Assembly (NCBI GenBank): GCA_035084275.1
Contig: CM068769.1
Span: forward strand, 2,294,001 to 2,358,000
DNA length: 64,000 nt
Direction of reading: 5' to 3'
Source: Hydrolagus colliei
Lineage: Eukaryota
Part shown: positions 1 to 11,225 of the stretch, one piece after another
How positions within the stretch are numbered: the stretch's first letter is position 1
How the letters are laid out: every line of letters begins with the position of its first letter
Made by a program: the position numbers and the translations under genes
The notes under the pieces: generated by a model
Database searches by the model: none
What the model saw: the letters and a program-made list of their open reading frames with translations, nothing else
Told to the model about the DNA's origin: nothing

Positions 1-502
1 TGTGGATTGCTATAAATATGAGGACCTAGATATTGAATTGGATCTTCTGGACGATGCAGAGCCAATGGAGTCGTGCGATTTTGGAGGAGATGGTGTCTCG
101 AAGGTTGGAGCACTAGAGGGTACGGGCCGCAGAGTTCTGGATCATCTCCAACCTTAGCACGGAGGTTTGCGGAAGGCCGACAAACAGGGCATTGGCATAG
201 TCAAGACGGGATTGAACAACAACAGCAACTTGGATTTAGACAGCGCCCTCCACGCTGAGCGGCCTCTCCAAGCGCTTTAGTGAAATAATCAATGCAAGAT
301 TGAAGATTTTATCGGTCTTGTGTTGAGTTGGTTGCGGAGTCAGACAATATTGCAGAGTCAAATTGTTCATATGTTCATATGATCCACCGCTGTAAATGGT
401 GTTTACAAGAGAAGCAGCTGCAAATTATCCAAAGGGAAACATGCTATTGTGTGAGAGTTTACTCAACTCTTATCCATTACAGAGATTTTACTCAACTCTT
501 AT

Positions 503-787
503 CCAGTACAGAGATTCCGACTCGATCACTCTCTCGTGAAGTGAATTCCCGGCCGCTTACGTGTATAGTATATTTACAGCAGTAATTTCTTGCCGTGACG
601 TTCGATGAGGTGAATGTGGCCGTGTTGTTATTCTCTGGAGCTGGGCGTGATGCGCTAAACTCGCCGTCTCTGTAAAAAGAGAATGTGCTGCCACGATAAT
701 TCCCAGAACCTGAGATCTGAGCGATATCTCCTTCCACAAATTCCCGGGTATCACTGTTCAGGGAAATGTTGGGTTTCTGCAGCGGAT
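503..787 (-). pseudogene. Ig-like domain exon (4th Ig)
   Basis: Acceptor ttaattccag|AT; 285 nt; DPLQKPNISL...AQISGSGNY...FSFYRDGE...ATFT...NYCCKY...SRESDRVGISVL. The B-strand Cys is Gly, and the donor reads G|ATAAG where paralogs have G|GTAAG. Confidence 0.8.
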
Positions 788-1215
788 CTGGAATTAAAAC
801 ACAGTAATGTTGATCCCACTAGTAAGCGCTCTGCACCACAGACACGGATCAGATCAGAGTAAAAGTGACCATTTAGTCGTATCAAGGACTGGAGGGGAGG
901 GAGTTGGGAATTGATTGGCAAGCGTAGTATTGTTGGGATTGATTGAGAAACCCCAGCGAGTTTTTCTTCACACAGAGAGAGGTGGCGCGACGGTTGGGAG
1001 ATGGCATTTGGGATTGGGCAGGGAAACAAGTGTAACACATAGCTCCAGACTAGGACAGGAGAAAGGGAATACAGAATGACCCTTGATCTACAAACGTCTC
1101 TTTATACAACAGAATGCAATTACAGCCAAGGAATTAATCGGAGAATTTAGGAGCAAAAGCTACACAAACTGTGGAGTGAGGAGAAGGGAATCATTGTCTG
1201 AAACTCATCTGAGAC

Positions 1216-1445
1216 ACAGCACCAGCTCAACCGCCAACCCAAGCTCAGCCACCAACGTAAGCTGCTCAAGTACCCGAAGCTCAGCTCCCAAAACCATCTC
1301 AAACGTAAAACTAACTTCAGTCCCGCTCCCAGGTTAGCGCTACCTCCAGCTAAGTGCCCACAAACAGCCCAACATCCAACCTCAGATTAGCTCATCACTC
1401 AAATAAGCACCTACCCCAGCTCAGTAGAACCCTACTTTAGCTCGG
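1216..1445. repeat. Degenerate CCCAGCTCA-rich minisatellite
   Basis: Repeated cagctca/aagctca/ccccagctcag units; reverse complement of the motif at 7210-7560. Confidence 0.55.
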
Positions 1446-1532
1446 CTTCTATGTCCAGATCATGTGTTTACACTGGGCTGTTGAAAGCATATGGACATCC
1501 TCGAGGTAAATAGTTGTATTTTATGTACCTCG

Positions 1533-2318
1533 CAGGGTCCGATGATATATCGATATATGGGTTATATCCGGTATAATTTGTATATCGATACGCAGTTTTG
1601 GATCATTCAGAAAAAAATCCATATAACGTCGAAGTCTTTATATCGAAAACAATGGAATGCACGCGCACTCAACAACAACAGCAAGAATGCTCATCTCTAT
1701 ACACCATGCACAGACCGAGGTGCAAGACGCCATATTGTATTCATAGTCCTAGAATGAGATACATAGTTACGCAAGATGTAAGGGGAAAGAGACGTCGGGG
1801 GACATGGGGGCGAGCGAGTGACGGCGGGTGGGGGGGAGAGAGAGACGGGGGGGTGGGGTGGGTTGGGAGAGAGTGACGGCGAGTGGTTGGGAGGGAGAGA
1901 GAGACGACAGGGGTGTGGTGGTTTGGGGGGGTCGTAGAGAGAGACGGCGGAAGGTGTGGGGGGGAGAGAGAGAGGGCGCGGGGGTGGAGAGAGACGGGGG
2001 TGAGAGTCGGGGGGATGTGATAATACACAGATAGATAGAGATGGGCGGGGGCGTGAGAGAGGAGAGAGAAACAGAGACACAGACGGAAAAACACAGAGAA
2101 GGAGAGAGTGATTGTGAAAAACACACTCAGAGAGAGAGACAGATTTACCTGCTGAAGCGATAGGCCTCGAATGCGCGCACACCACCGATTGCGCTCAACT
2201 CGAGCTCGCGCGCGCATGCGCAGTACGAAACCCCCCGAAAATATCGATAAATTGGTATATCTCGAAATGAGCCCATCGATGTATCTAAATCGGAAATTTT
2301 CCATATCCACGGACCCTA
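1533..2318. mobile_element. Putative non-autonomous hAT-like DNA transposon (MITE) with GA-rich interior
   Basis: Left end CAGGGTCCGATGATAT; right end ATATCCACGGACCCTA (revcomp TAGGGTCCGTGGATAT); ATATCG subterminal repeats; CpG-rich; no clean TSD. Confidence 0.55.
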
Positions 2319-2904
2319 CATTGCTGCGGATCAATTCGACGTTGGATTCGTCACCAAATAATAACCTCTGCACTTTAAATGTAGCCCTTGAAAACAGACG
2401 ATGGAGCTTCTAGTTCGCCTTGAATATTTTTGTCATTCGCATAAAGCATAGAACCTGATCATGCTATGTACTATACTGCATAATGTTATCTCTTAAAACG
2501 AAACTAAGTAAATTCAATTTCTTCTGGAAGGAATCAATGTTTTCCTATTTAAATCTCTCCTTTTGCATCCTGTTGCAACGAACTCGGACGTCCACCCATG
2601 AAATGCGATCCATAAACGTACATTTTTTGTTGTTGTTACAAGGTTTTAATTATCTCTCAATCAAAGCATATTTCCGTGTATTGGTTCCGCAATATATTTC
2701 GACTCCACCCCCACATACAGCACGAGCCACACTCCACCCTCATCACCAACCCTCGTTTAATCGAAGGATGTGTCCATCTTATTTTAATATCCTGGAACAG
2801 CACATGCTGCTTGTTACGGTGTACATTCCCATTGAAGCCACGTAAGAAGCTCGCCACTGTAGAGCCTTAAAAACAGCTATCATATCACAGCATTAAAGAC
2901 AACT

Positions 2905-3305
2905 CTCCCCCTTTTCCCGCTCCCTTCCCTCTTCCCTCTTACCACACTTTCTCCCCGTTCTTACCTGATTTGGACCCCCACCCACCATTGCCTTCCTATC
3001 CCCTGAACCTCATTTGTCACCTCTCTTCCTCCCATACTTTACTCCACTCCACCTTTCCCTCCCTCTCCCCCCTTACCCTCTTTCCCCCGTTACTCCACTG
3101 GACCCATTTCCGCGACTGATTGGGGCACGGCTGTGTGCAATTTGGCTGCCAAGTTTCGCCTACACATATACAGTAAATTCTATTCTCCTACTCTCCTTCA
3201 TCCTGTCCAGACCACTTCCCCCATGCTCTCATCCCTACCTGACTATACAGCGCCTTGTGATTTCCTTTCGACGTGAAAGGCGCGATATGAATGTAAGTTT
3301 TGATT
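2905..3305 (+). mobile_element. Deu-domain retroelement fragment with pyrimidine tracts and L2-type tail
   Basis: GCTGTGTGCAATTTGGCTGCC core at about 3130; tail GACGTGAAAGGCGCGATATGAATGTAAG. Confidence 0.6.
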
Positions 3306-3329
3306 AATTTATAGATATTAGTCTTTTGG

Positions 3330-3900
3330 TACATATTATCTTTTGGCTTGCTTTACTTACTGCCAAAGATAATTATTGGGTGTGTTTCAAAATGTAGATA
3401 ATGAAGACTCCCAATTCCTTTATCTTTTCCATGATTTTTATGTTGTAATGTGGATTGTTTCATATTTCTCCACATAGAATATCATTTTCCTACCTTCATC
3501 ACAATCAAATTCAGCATTTCAGCCATTTTGCCAGTTCTCGCTCGAATTCCATACCTGACACCCCCTAATTGGCACCCTCTGTCCTCGATGAAGATCCCTC
3601 TAATATTTGTTCGCATGCTCTACGCTTTTGGGTTTTCCTCTCTATCGGACTGCACCACAGCTGGAGAGTCAAACTTGGACTATTTAGCACATCTCGGAGC
3701 TGAAATGTCCTTTGCAGTGTCATTTAGTATTGAATTGTAATTCACCTTACCATTATTTGTTGGACATTGCTGTGATTCACTTGGATGGCGTGCTTGCCAT
3801 GAAACGATAGACTGGACTTCGAAAGTGTACAAGCCCAGATAGTCGAATGGCGTTTCAACCACAAAATGCAGTCAACCCATTTTACAATATTTTCTGTAGA
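3330..3900 (-). mobile_element. Old CR1-like LINE RT remnant
   Basis: Degenerate sequence resembling the CR1 RT region after the FADD motif; no intact ORF. Confidence 0.35.
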
Positions 3901-3944
3901 GTACTTTTAGACGTCCATCAATGTGGTAAAAAAACAAACTATTG

Positions 3945-4335
3945 ATAACAATAATAATTCTAGTATTTATGCAGCGCGCTCCACGTTTTATCGACTTTTC
4001 AAAGCGCTTCACAGAATACAAAAACGTCCCAAAATTGAGCCCGGAAGAGTTGGGGAGGAAGGAGACAATATGGAAGAAAAGGAGGAAGAGAGGTAGGGAA
4101 CAGAGCATGTCGGGGAGGGTTCGCGTTCTTCAGAAGGAATGTAGGAAAATTGACTGCATAGTTGTAGGAGAAACGCAGCAGTCAAATTGCGCACGACAGT
4201 GTCCCACAAACAGTCGTGCAAGTGGGGCCAGGGGAGAAAGGGTGGAAAAGAGGAATTGGGCGGAGAGGGAGGGGAAGTTAGCGAAAAAGCATGGAGGGAA
4301 AAGTGGAGAAAGTGGTTTAAGAGGGTAGAGGGAAA
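3945..4335 (-). mobile_element. Deu-domain retroelement fragment with L2-type tail
   Basis: Reverse complement of the Deu core at about 4172-4215; AAAGCGCTTCACAGAATAC and (AAT)n tail at about 3945-4020. Confidence 0.6.
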
Positions 4336-4431
4336 GGTGATCTCATTTATCGTCTCTAACGGACCAAAAAGAGAAAAACCTTATTGTGTGAAACATTGTA
4401 GATTGGTGAGAGTCCAGGCTCGCGCTCTTAC

Positions 4432-4710
4432 CAAACACAATGATTCCCAATCGCTCGCTCTCTGGTGACTTGATCACTCGTCCATCTATTCGAATGGTAT
4501 AATCACACCAGTAACTTCCTTTACCTATTTTGCAACTGGTAAATGTTATTTTGGAAAGATTTCGTAAAGCAGTTTGTGATTTGATCATGACGCTGTTTTG
4601 GGATAATGTACTGTCACGATAGTTCCAAGAACACGAGATTTCAGCGCTTGCTCCTGTCACAAACGCCCGATAATCTGGCATAAGGGAAATGGTCGGTTTC
4701 TGGGGCGATT
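4432..4710 (-). pseudogene. Ig-like domain exon (3rd Ig)
   Basis: 279 nt open; SPQKPTISL...EISCSWNY...GSYWCDY...SPESERLGIIVF. Donor G|GTAAG is intact; the acceptor position reads CAC instead of CAG. Confidence 0.8.
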
Positions 4711-5313
4711 GTGAAATTAAAACAGTGAAGATAATCTAACCAATATTTGCTTCAATTTGTGCGTGACACTAAACAACACGATCAACAAAAACAACAGTAA
4801 CTGCCTGTGAGATTGTTATTGTCTGTGATATACGACGAGGCACATCTGTGCAGTGTTAGGAACATCAGGAATCCAGCTAAAGCTTCTCTGAGATTGCTTG
4901 CAGGTTTGGTTCCATGTCTCACACCCTCGCCTGTGAGAGAACCAGTTCTGGATTGTGTCAGACCGAAATCTTGCGATGATTGATTAAATTATCCCTTGGT
5001 TTCCTTAGTCGCTATTCACGTGTTCAAAATATATCGAATAATATATTTTATATTGAATTGTATTCTTCAAATATCCTGGCAAAATCCTTCAAGGAAAATA
5101 AATTAAACTAGTCTCTTTAATCCACTACTGTTTGTGCAATGTGGTTAACGTTTCGCCCACAGATATGCAACGAATAACCTATTCAGGTTAGAGACGTCTC
5201 CGGTGATATCAAATGTAAATATTGTTATTGTACATCTGTAACTGATCATGAAATATCAGGTTATTGTGTGACAATTCATAGATTGGTGAGAGAATCCATG
5301 CTCTCATTCTTAC

Positions 5314-5598
5314 ATTGCACAGATATTCTCACTCTTTCGCTCATAGGTGAGTGGAACTTTCGTCCGTTTAATTGTTTGGTATATATACAGGTGTAAGTTC
5401 CTTGTGTGATCTCCGTTTGCGTGAATGTTGCTGTGGAACTACTCTGTGTATCTTTTTTTGACGTGACATATATGTCGTCTCTATATAACAGGAATACACT
5501 GGCAGGATAATTCCCAGAACAGCAGATCGCAGCAATTTCCCCTCTGAAAAACACTCCAGAGGTTTGGTTCACGAAAATGGTGGGTTTCTTGAGTGGAT
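5314..5598 (-). pseudogene. Ig-like domain exon (2nd Ig), itself intact
   Basis: tcatttcag|AT ... T|GTAAG; 285 nt; DPLKKPTIFV...AICCSGNY...FLLYRD...GTYTCIY...SPMSERVRISVQ. Both canonical Cys are present. Confidence 0.88.
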
Positions 5599-6682
5599 CT
5601 GAAATGACAACAGACAAAATATACTCTCACAAACTCCCGCTCTGTGCTGTGCTGTCGTCAGTTAACATCGAGCTCCCGACCGATCGTAGCCTCAGCCTGT
5701 GAGACAATTTACCCAAGATTTAAGACAAGGCAGAACTGTGCCCCGTAATTTGCAGCAGGTTTCAGCAGCCCTTTGTAATTGTCGATCTGACATTGGGTAT
5801 GAGTTTCGCTGTGTGTCTCACACTCCTCTCGTCTGTGGTTATCACAGTTCTTGGTATGTGAGATGTTGAGCTTCCCCAAAACGTACACCCCATTAAGATT
5901 AACATAACCCCCACCCAGGTACTTACAACAAGCCCCAACCCCAGGTAAGCACCACCTCCCTTGTACCTCATCTACATTTCGGGCTAGCATACAATGTTAC
6001 ACGACCTGGAAATCTCCGAGTTTGGAAAATCTTTGAGACGTTTGATGCTCCGGATAGAGGTTTATTGTTATTTAGAATTTTTACAATTACTCAAATATGA
6101 GACATCCAGTTCAAGCCGTTCTCCTTCTTCAACCAAACACAAATTGTTGAACACCTCATTATTAGAGCAAGCAAAAGGGTAGGTTGGATTCCTGGGTGGT
6201 AAGTATCCTTTGACAATTGTGATTCCCCTACCTACTGGCAATAACCATGTGAAGCACTGCACTTTCTAAATTGATTCAGACGTATATCAAACGTAAAGCA
6301 TTACCTTTTTCTTATTATTACTGTAATGTGAGTCGTCCGTTTGAAAATATTAGCTTTCCTGAGCGAAGCAGAATAAAAAGGTCACTTCATTGTGAGTGTT
6401 CACAAGACAGATGGGCCAAAATCAATTCCAGTGTGGCAACAAACCTTCAGAAAGTTGTCTCGCTTTATGCTTACATCGCAGTAACTAGATACCTGGTTGC
6501 TATTTGATTGGAGTTTCGCCGATAATATATATAGTTAATGAATCATTTTAATAATTTGTTGCATCTTGTACTTTAAGATGAATTAAACACCAATTTGATA
6601 TCAAAAGCAAGAATTATTCTTACTGTGAGACTGCAACTGATCAAACGCCAGATTATGGTGTAAGAATTTACTCATGGCTTAC

Positions 6683-6966
6683 CAATAACAAAGATTGTAA
6701 CTCGCTCGCTCTCTGTTGATGTGAACTTCCGGCTGTCTATGTGGGCAGTAGATTTACACGAATAATTTCCTGCCCTGATGTTCGACGGGGTGAATGTGGC
6801 CATGAAGTTATCCTCTGGATCTGGCTGTGACGTCATAAACTTGCTGTATCTGTATAAGGAGAATTCGCTGTAAGGATAATTTCCAGAACACAAGATCAAA
6901 GAGATTTCCCTCTCGCAATCACCCCAGAATATGGCTTCATGGAAATGGTGGGTTTGTGGAGCAAAT
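6683..6966 (-). pseudogene. Ig-like domain exon (1st Ig), 1-bp deletion
   Basis: atgacag|AT ... G|GTAAG; 284 nt versus 285 in paralogs. DLLHKPTISMKPYSGVIARG shifts frame near 6908 into EISLILCSGNY...GNYSCKS...STESERVTIFVI. Confidence 0.85.
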
Positions 6967-7209
6967 CTGTCATTAAAATACAATAAATAAAATCTCAGAA
7001 ACACTCATTCTGTTCTGTGCTGCGATAGTGAGCATTGGGATCAACAATAATCACAGCTGCAGCCTCCGAGACCAAAATCAGTCTGAGGTTCAATGGGAGT
7101 CACAAATGTGCACTGTTATTAATCTGGGTCTGGATTCGTCGCTGTTTTTCTGCTGCAATTGAACAAATGACTATGAGTTCAGTCATAGCAGAATTCATAG
7201 TCATTTGTG

Positions 7210-7560
7210 AGCAGGGTGTTAGTGTGAGCTGGGAGTCAGTGTGAGGTGGAGATTCGGTGTTAGCTGGAGGTCAGCGTGAGCTGCGGATCATTGTGCGTTG
7301 GGGTTCAATGTGAGCTGTGGCGACAGTGTGAGCTGGGTGGGGGCAGTGCGACCTGTGGGTGATTGTGAGCTGCCGTACAATGTGAGCTATGAGTCAATGT
7401 TAACTGGTGGCAGTGTGAGCTGGGGGGCCGTGTGAGCTGGGGGGCAGTGTGAGCTGGGGGTGGTTGTGAGCTGCGGTAAAATGTGAGCTGGGGATGGTGG
7501 AGAGCAGGGTGTCAGTATGAGATATGGTTCAATCTGAGCTTGGAGCCAGTGTGAGTCTGT
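7210..7560. repeat. About 17-bp G-rich minisatellite (GTGTGAGCTGGG..CA)
   Basis: Roughly 20 tandem degenerate units. Confidence 0.8.
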
Positions 7561-7680
7561 CGCACAACTATCCATCTGTTCATCCCCGCGTCCTGGGCTC
7601 AGTCCCTCCACGTGTTACCAGCCCATGCCCTGTGATCAATGCATACTGCTGCGCTTTGATGATTAGAGTGAGGTGTATAC

Positions 7681-7992
7681 CTGAGCAGTTGACGCCGGCA
7701 TTATATTTGTGCGATATTAAGGTTGTGTCACCCCAAAGCCGTGAGCGACATTCTCTCAGGGCAGACGCATTTCCTCTGCACTGAACATCAATCGTCACAA
7801 TGGGACCCGATCCTTCTCCAAAGTGAGCTGCCCCTGGTGCTGACAGAGCGACACCACAGCCCAGCTCCTCACACACCACAGCCGCGTCCTTCATATCCCA
7901 TCGATAGTCATCCACTGTGCCCCATTGACTGTTGTGGTAAACCTCCACTCTGCCGGCACATGGGTGGCGGCCATTCATCAGCCTCACATTCC
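7681..7992 (-). pseudogene. SRCR (group B-like) domain exon 2
   Basis: 312 nt open; NVRLMNGRHPCAGRVEVYHNSQWGTVDD...DAAVVCEELGCG...AHFGEGSGPI...VQCRGNASALREC...AGVNCS. Donor G|GTATA; acceptor tacAC where the paralog has tacAG. Confidence 0.88.
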
Positions 7993-8874
7993 GTGTAAAA
8001 TATAACACGGTATATAAACTATTTAGCTATATTTTCGTGTTTAGCTTCTGCTCCTCCTGATGTGAAAGGCGCTATACAACTGTGATTTTGTTGCTGTTGT
8101 TACCCAGTGTACATACGAGTGTAACATAGGGAGAATGTCTGTGGGGGCAAACAGTACAACAATGTCAATAAATATCAAGTTTACAGTGACCTTTGTTAGC
8201 AGACAGTCCACCGATAACGACACGAAAAAGCCACCCAAAACCCAGCTACTCCTCCCAGTGCATCATTCCTCCAGTTACGGAAACAGAAGAGCACATTCCA
8301 CCACCCATCGCCCCCTTTCACCCAGTGTAAATGCTCACATCCCACTCACCCGCAATATATTGCCATGGGTCACAGTCTACCCCACACAGTGTACAACCAA
8401 AACCCCAGGTCACAGCTTTCCTACGAACGCACACAAAGCTCACTCTGCTTTCAACAAGCCTAAACACCTATAGACACATACACTACATCAGCGAACAGCG
8501 CACTCACCAGGGTACGCTCTCGCCATCTGCCACACCATTCTCCCCCGCAAAGGCACAGCCAATCCCATTCCAAACAGGTCCCAGCAAATCCCAAGATCGA
8601 GCCAGCATTGTCACAAACTCCTTCTCGTATATACAGCATGACACCCGCACCGGGCACAGCACACGTCCAACTGGGCACATCCCCCACATTAGTCACTGAC
8701 TGTCCACAATTCACAGCTCACACAGCAAAAGATGACACCACGCTGGTCACAACCAGAATCCAAAGCATACGAGCCTCCAAGAACACACACACAGCAACTA
8801 TCAAACAGCTTCCGCTTCATTGAAAATGTCACTACCTCAACAGACACAGGCTTATCTCCACAGGACAGAGGCCC

Positions 8875-9305
8875 AAACAACAACAATAACTTCGATTTAT
8901 ATAGCTAGCGCCCTCCACGCTGGACTGCGTCTAAGAGCGCTTCACATTAGCGGATACCAGGACCGAGCCAGCGGCAGGGGCAGGAAGGTGACCAAAAGTT
9001 CGGTCGAAGAGAAAGGTCATAAACTGTGATCTTAAACTGGGAAGAGAGGGTGCGAGGCGAAGCGAGTGAGGGAGGCAGTTACAGAGCCTCGGGGCGTAGT
9101 GGCTAAAGGCACGGCCGCCGAGGGTGGAGCGGAGGACTCGGCGGACGTGGAGAAGGCCAGACCCAGAAGAGCGAAGGCAGCGGTTGCTGGGTTGGAGTGG
9201 AGAGGAGATCAGAGACATAGGGGTGTGCAGAGGTGTGGAGGGATTTGAAAACAAAGGTGAGGATCTTTAAGTTGAATCCGCTAAGTAGAGCCGGTACCCC
9301 TAGGT
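8875..9305 (-). mobile_element. L2 LINE 3' fragment
   Basis: GGRAFSHYAPRLCNCLPHSLRLAPSLPSLRSQFMTFLF (L2 ORF2 C-terminus), GGCGCT..TATATAAAT and (GTT)n tail. Confidence 0.85.
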
Positions 9306-10113
9306 AGAGCCTCGCAATTCCATAAAGCCGTAATCGTAAATCAAAGCGACCAACTTTACACAGACCAAGCATTTGTCTTCACCCACCCACCCCTCTCCAA
9401 GAGGGACGAGCAGGATACGTTGGGAGACAGGTAGGAATGACGGAGAGACGTGGTAGAGCAGTAGAAGGCACGATCTAAGAGGAGGATCTGTCAATCATAT
9501 TCCATCACTTCAGTGCAAAGCCACACCCACTCCACTTGCATCAATCCCTGCTCCCCACCACTTCGCCTGCTTCAGCATGCACAGCTACTGAATCTTTATT
9601 CGACGCCCTCCCTCTATACATAGCCGTCCAGCCTTTAGCCAAAGGGCACAGCTCCTCCCGCCATGGTAGTATGTCCCGCACGTAACAGCCTCCAACAACA
9701 CAGTCACAGGCTCAACAGGCAAACATCCTCCTCTACGTCACAGCCGCTCCACCCACGGCACAAACCAGCACAGCCCCATGGTGGTTTCTGCTTCCACAAC
9801 TACCCCACCACAAGGCGTCATACACCAGAAAACAAACGTGTTTCAGCATACAACCCTCTCCCAGTTTGTTCACTCTGCCTTTGCTCAACAACACCTTTGT
9901 TAATCCCAATGATCACACACTCGTGTTCAGCACGCCCGGCGTTGAACCGCTCCTTGTGCTTACCCCCAGTATGAGCACCACATTGCTGAATACCCACCAC
10001 CACAGGTAATTTCCATACCACGCTGCCTGCGTAGCCTACAGAAACACCTTCTTACCATACCAGCCAATACCCAATATGAAATCGAGTTGATCGTCAGAGA
10101 AAGTACTATTTAC

Positions 10114-10420
10114 CTGTGCAAATGACGCTGGCATCATAGCTGTGTGACAGGTTGTAGAGATTCCAGGTCGCTGATTTACAATCCTTCAGGGCAGACTCAC
10201 TCCCTGTGCATTGAGCAAAATACGTCACAATGGGACCTGATCCTTTTCCAAAGTGAGATCCTGTTGGTGCTGAACGAGCCGCTCCACAGCCCAGCTGTGT
10301 ACACCACAGCCGCGTCATTCATATCCCAGCCGCTGTCATACACTGTGCCCCATTATCCATTGTGGTTAATCTCCACTCTCCAAGCACATCGACGACTGCC
10401 ATCCACGAGCCTCACATTCC
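10114..10420 (-). pseudogene. SRCR domain exon 1, with nonsense codon and frameshift
   Basis: ttctacag|GG ... G|[43 protein letters not shown] (TAA at 10355-10353), then a 2-nt deletion into TQLGCG...HFGKGSGPI...QCTGSESALKDC...DASVICT. Confidence 0.9.
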
Positions 10421-10799
10421 CTGTAGAATAACACACAAAATCTTGAAACTTTGATGCCTTTTTACTTCTCGTCAAACTTTTAGGTTGACTCCTCGTCGGC
10501 AAATATATATGGGAGGGTATCTGTCACATTACGACGGTGATTCCAAGGCAAACAATACAACAACTAGAAAAATAACTTTGATGTTTGCTGCGACTGGTGG
10601 TGAAATACAAGACGAAATGTTTTTCAAAATGACAATGAACTTTTAGTATAATTAGATTATAGATTATTATAAGTAAATTATACTTGATATTCGTTTGTTA
10701 TAACGTATCATATTATAATTTACATTAGTTTGTTTTGCATTATATTGTATTATTCTTCATTATATTTTGTATTGTTAGTTAAATTAATCGAATAATTAT

Positions 10800-11225
10800 G
10801 AAGCACAAAGGCAAGCCAATTGCCCTGACCGTATCTGTGCCACCACTTGGAAAAGAGCTGCTAAACTCCACACCATTCTTCCAACCCTGGAATAACTTGT
10901 TGTCCCCAAACAATTGTCTGCTTCCCTCTTCAAAGTTATTTGTCGATTCGGACTTCCACCAATATTTCAGGCAATGCATCCCAGATACCACCCGCTGTGT
11001 GACAAAAACATGTTGTCTCCTCCGCACGGTTACTTTTAGTAACTATTTTAGTTCAGTGTCCTCAGATAACTGAGCTTGGGGACAGTTTTTATTGGTTTAG
11101 CATATCGAACCAGCTATTTGAATGAAGCATTCTACCTCGTGCTCTACTAAATTTCTCTTGTCCAAAGAGAATATTTCCAGCTTCTCTAGCATCTAACATT
11201 AAATTATTATTTGAACGCTTTCCCA
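10800..11225 (-). mobile_element. Old CR1 LINE 3' remnant
   Basis: Degenerate FVTQRVVSGMHCL corresponding to the CR1 FFTQRVVxxWNxLP motif. Confidence 0.55.

Larger units (their letters stand above)
503..10420 (-). pseudogene. SRCR/Ig hybrid receptor-like gene (2 SRCR + at least 4 Ig exons), pseudogenised; leader and TM exons not found in window
   Basis: Six co-oriented one-domain phase 1-1 exons. Lesions: a stop, two frameshifts and three mutated splice sites (see exon entries). Confidence 0.85.

Noticed and set aside
1697-2373. Overlapping 119-210 aa ORFs
   Set aside because: These are translations of GA-rich low-complexity sequence inside the MITE-like element.
5762-5971. Hydrophobic minus-strand ORF resembling a TM exon
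   Set aside because: It lies between Ig1 and Ig2, has no convincing splice sites, and its hydrophobicity follows from G/T-rich composition.
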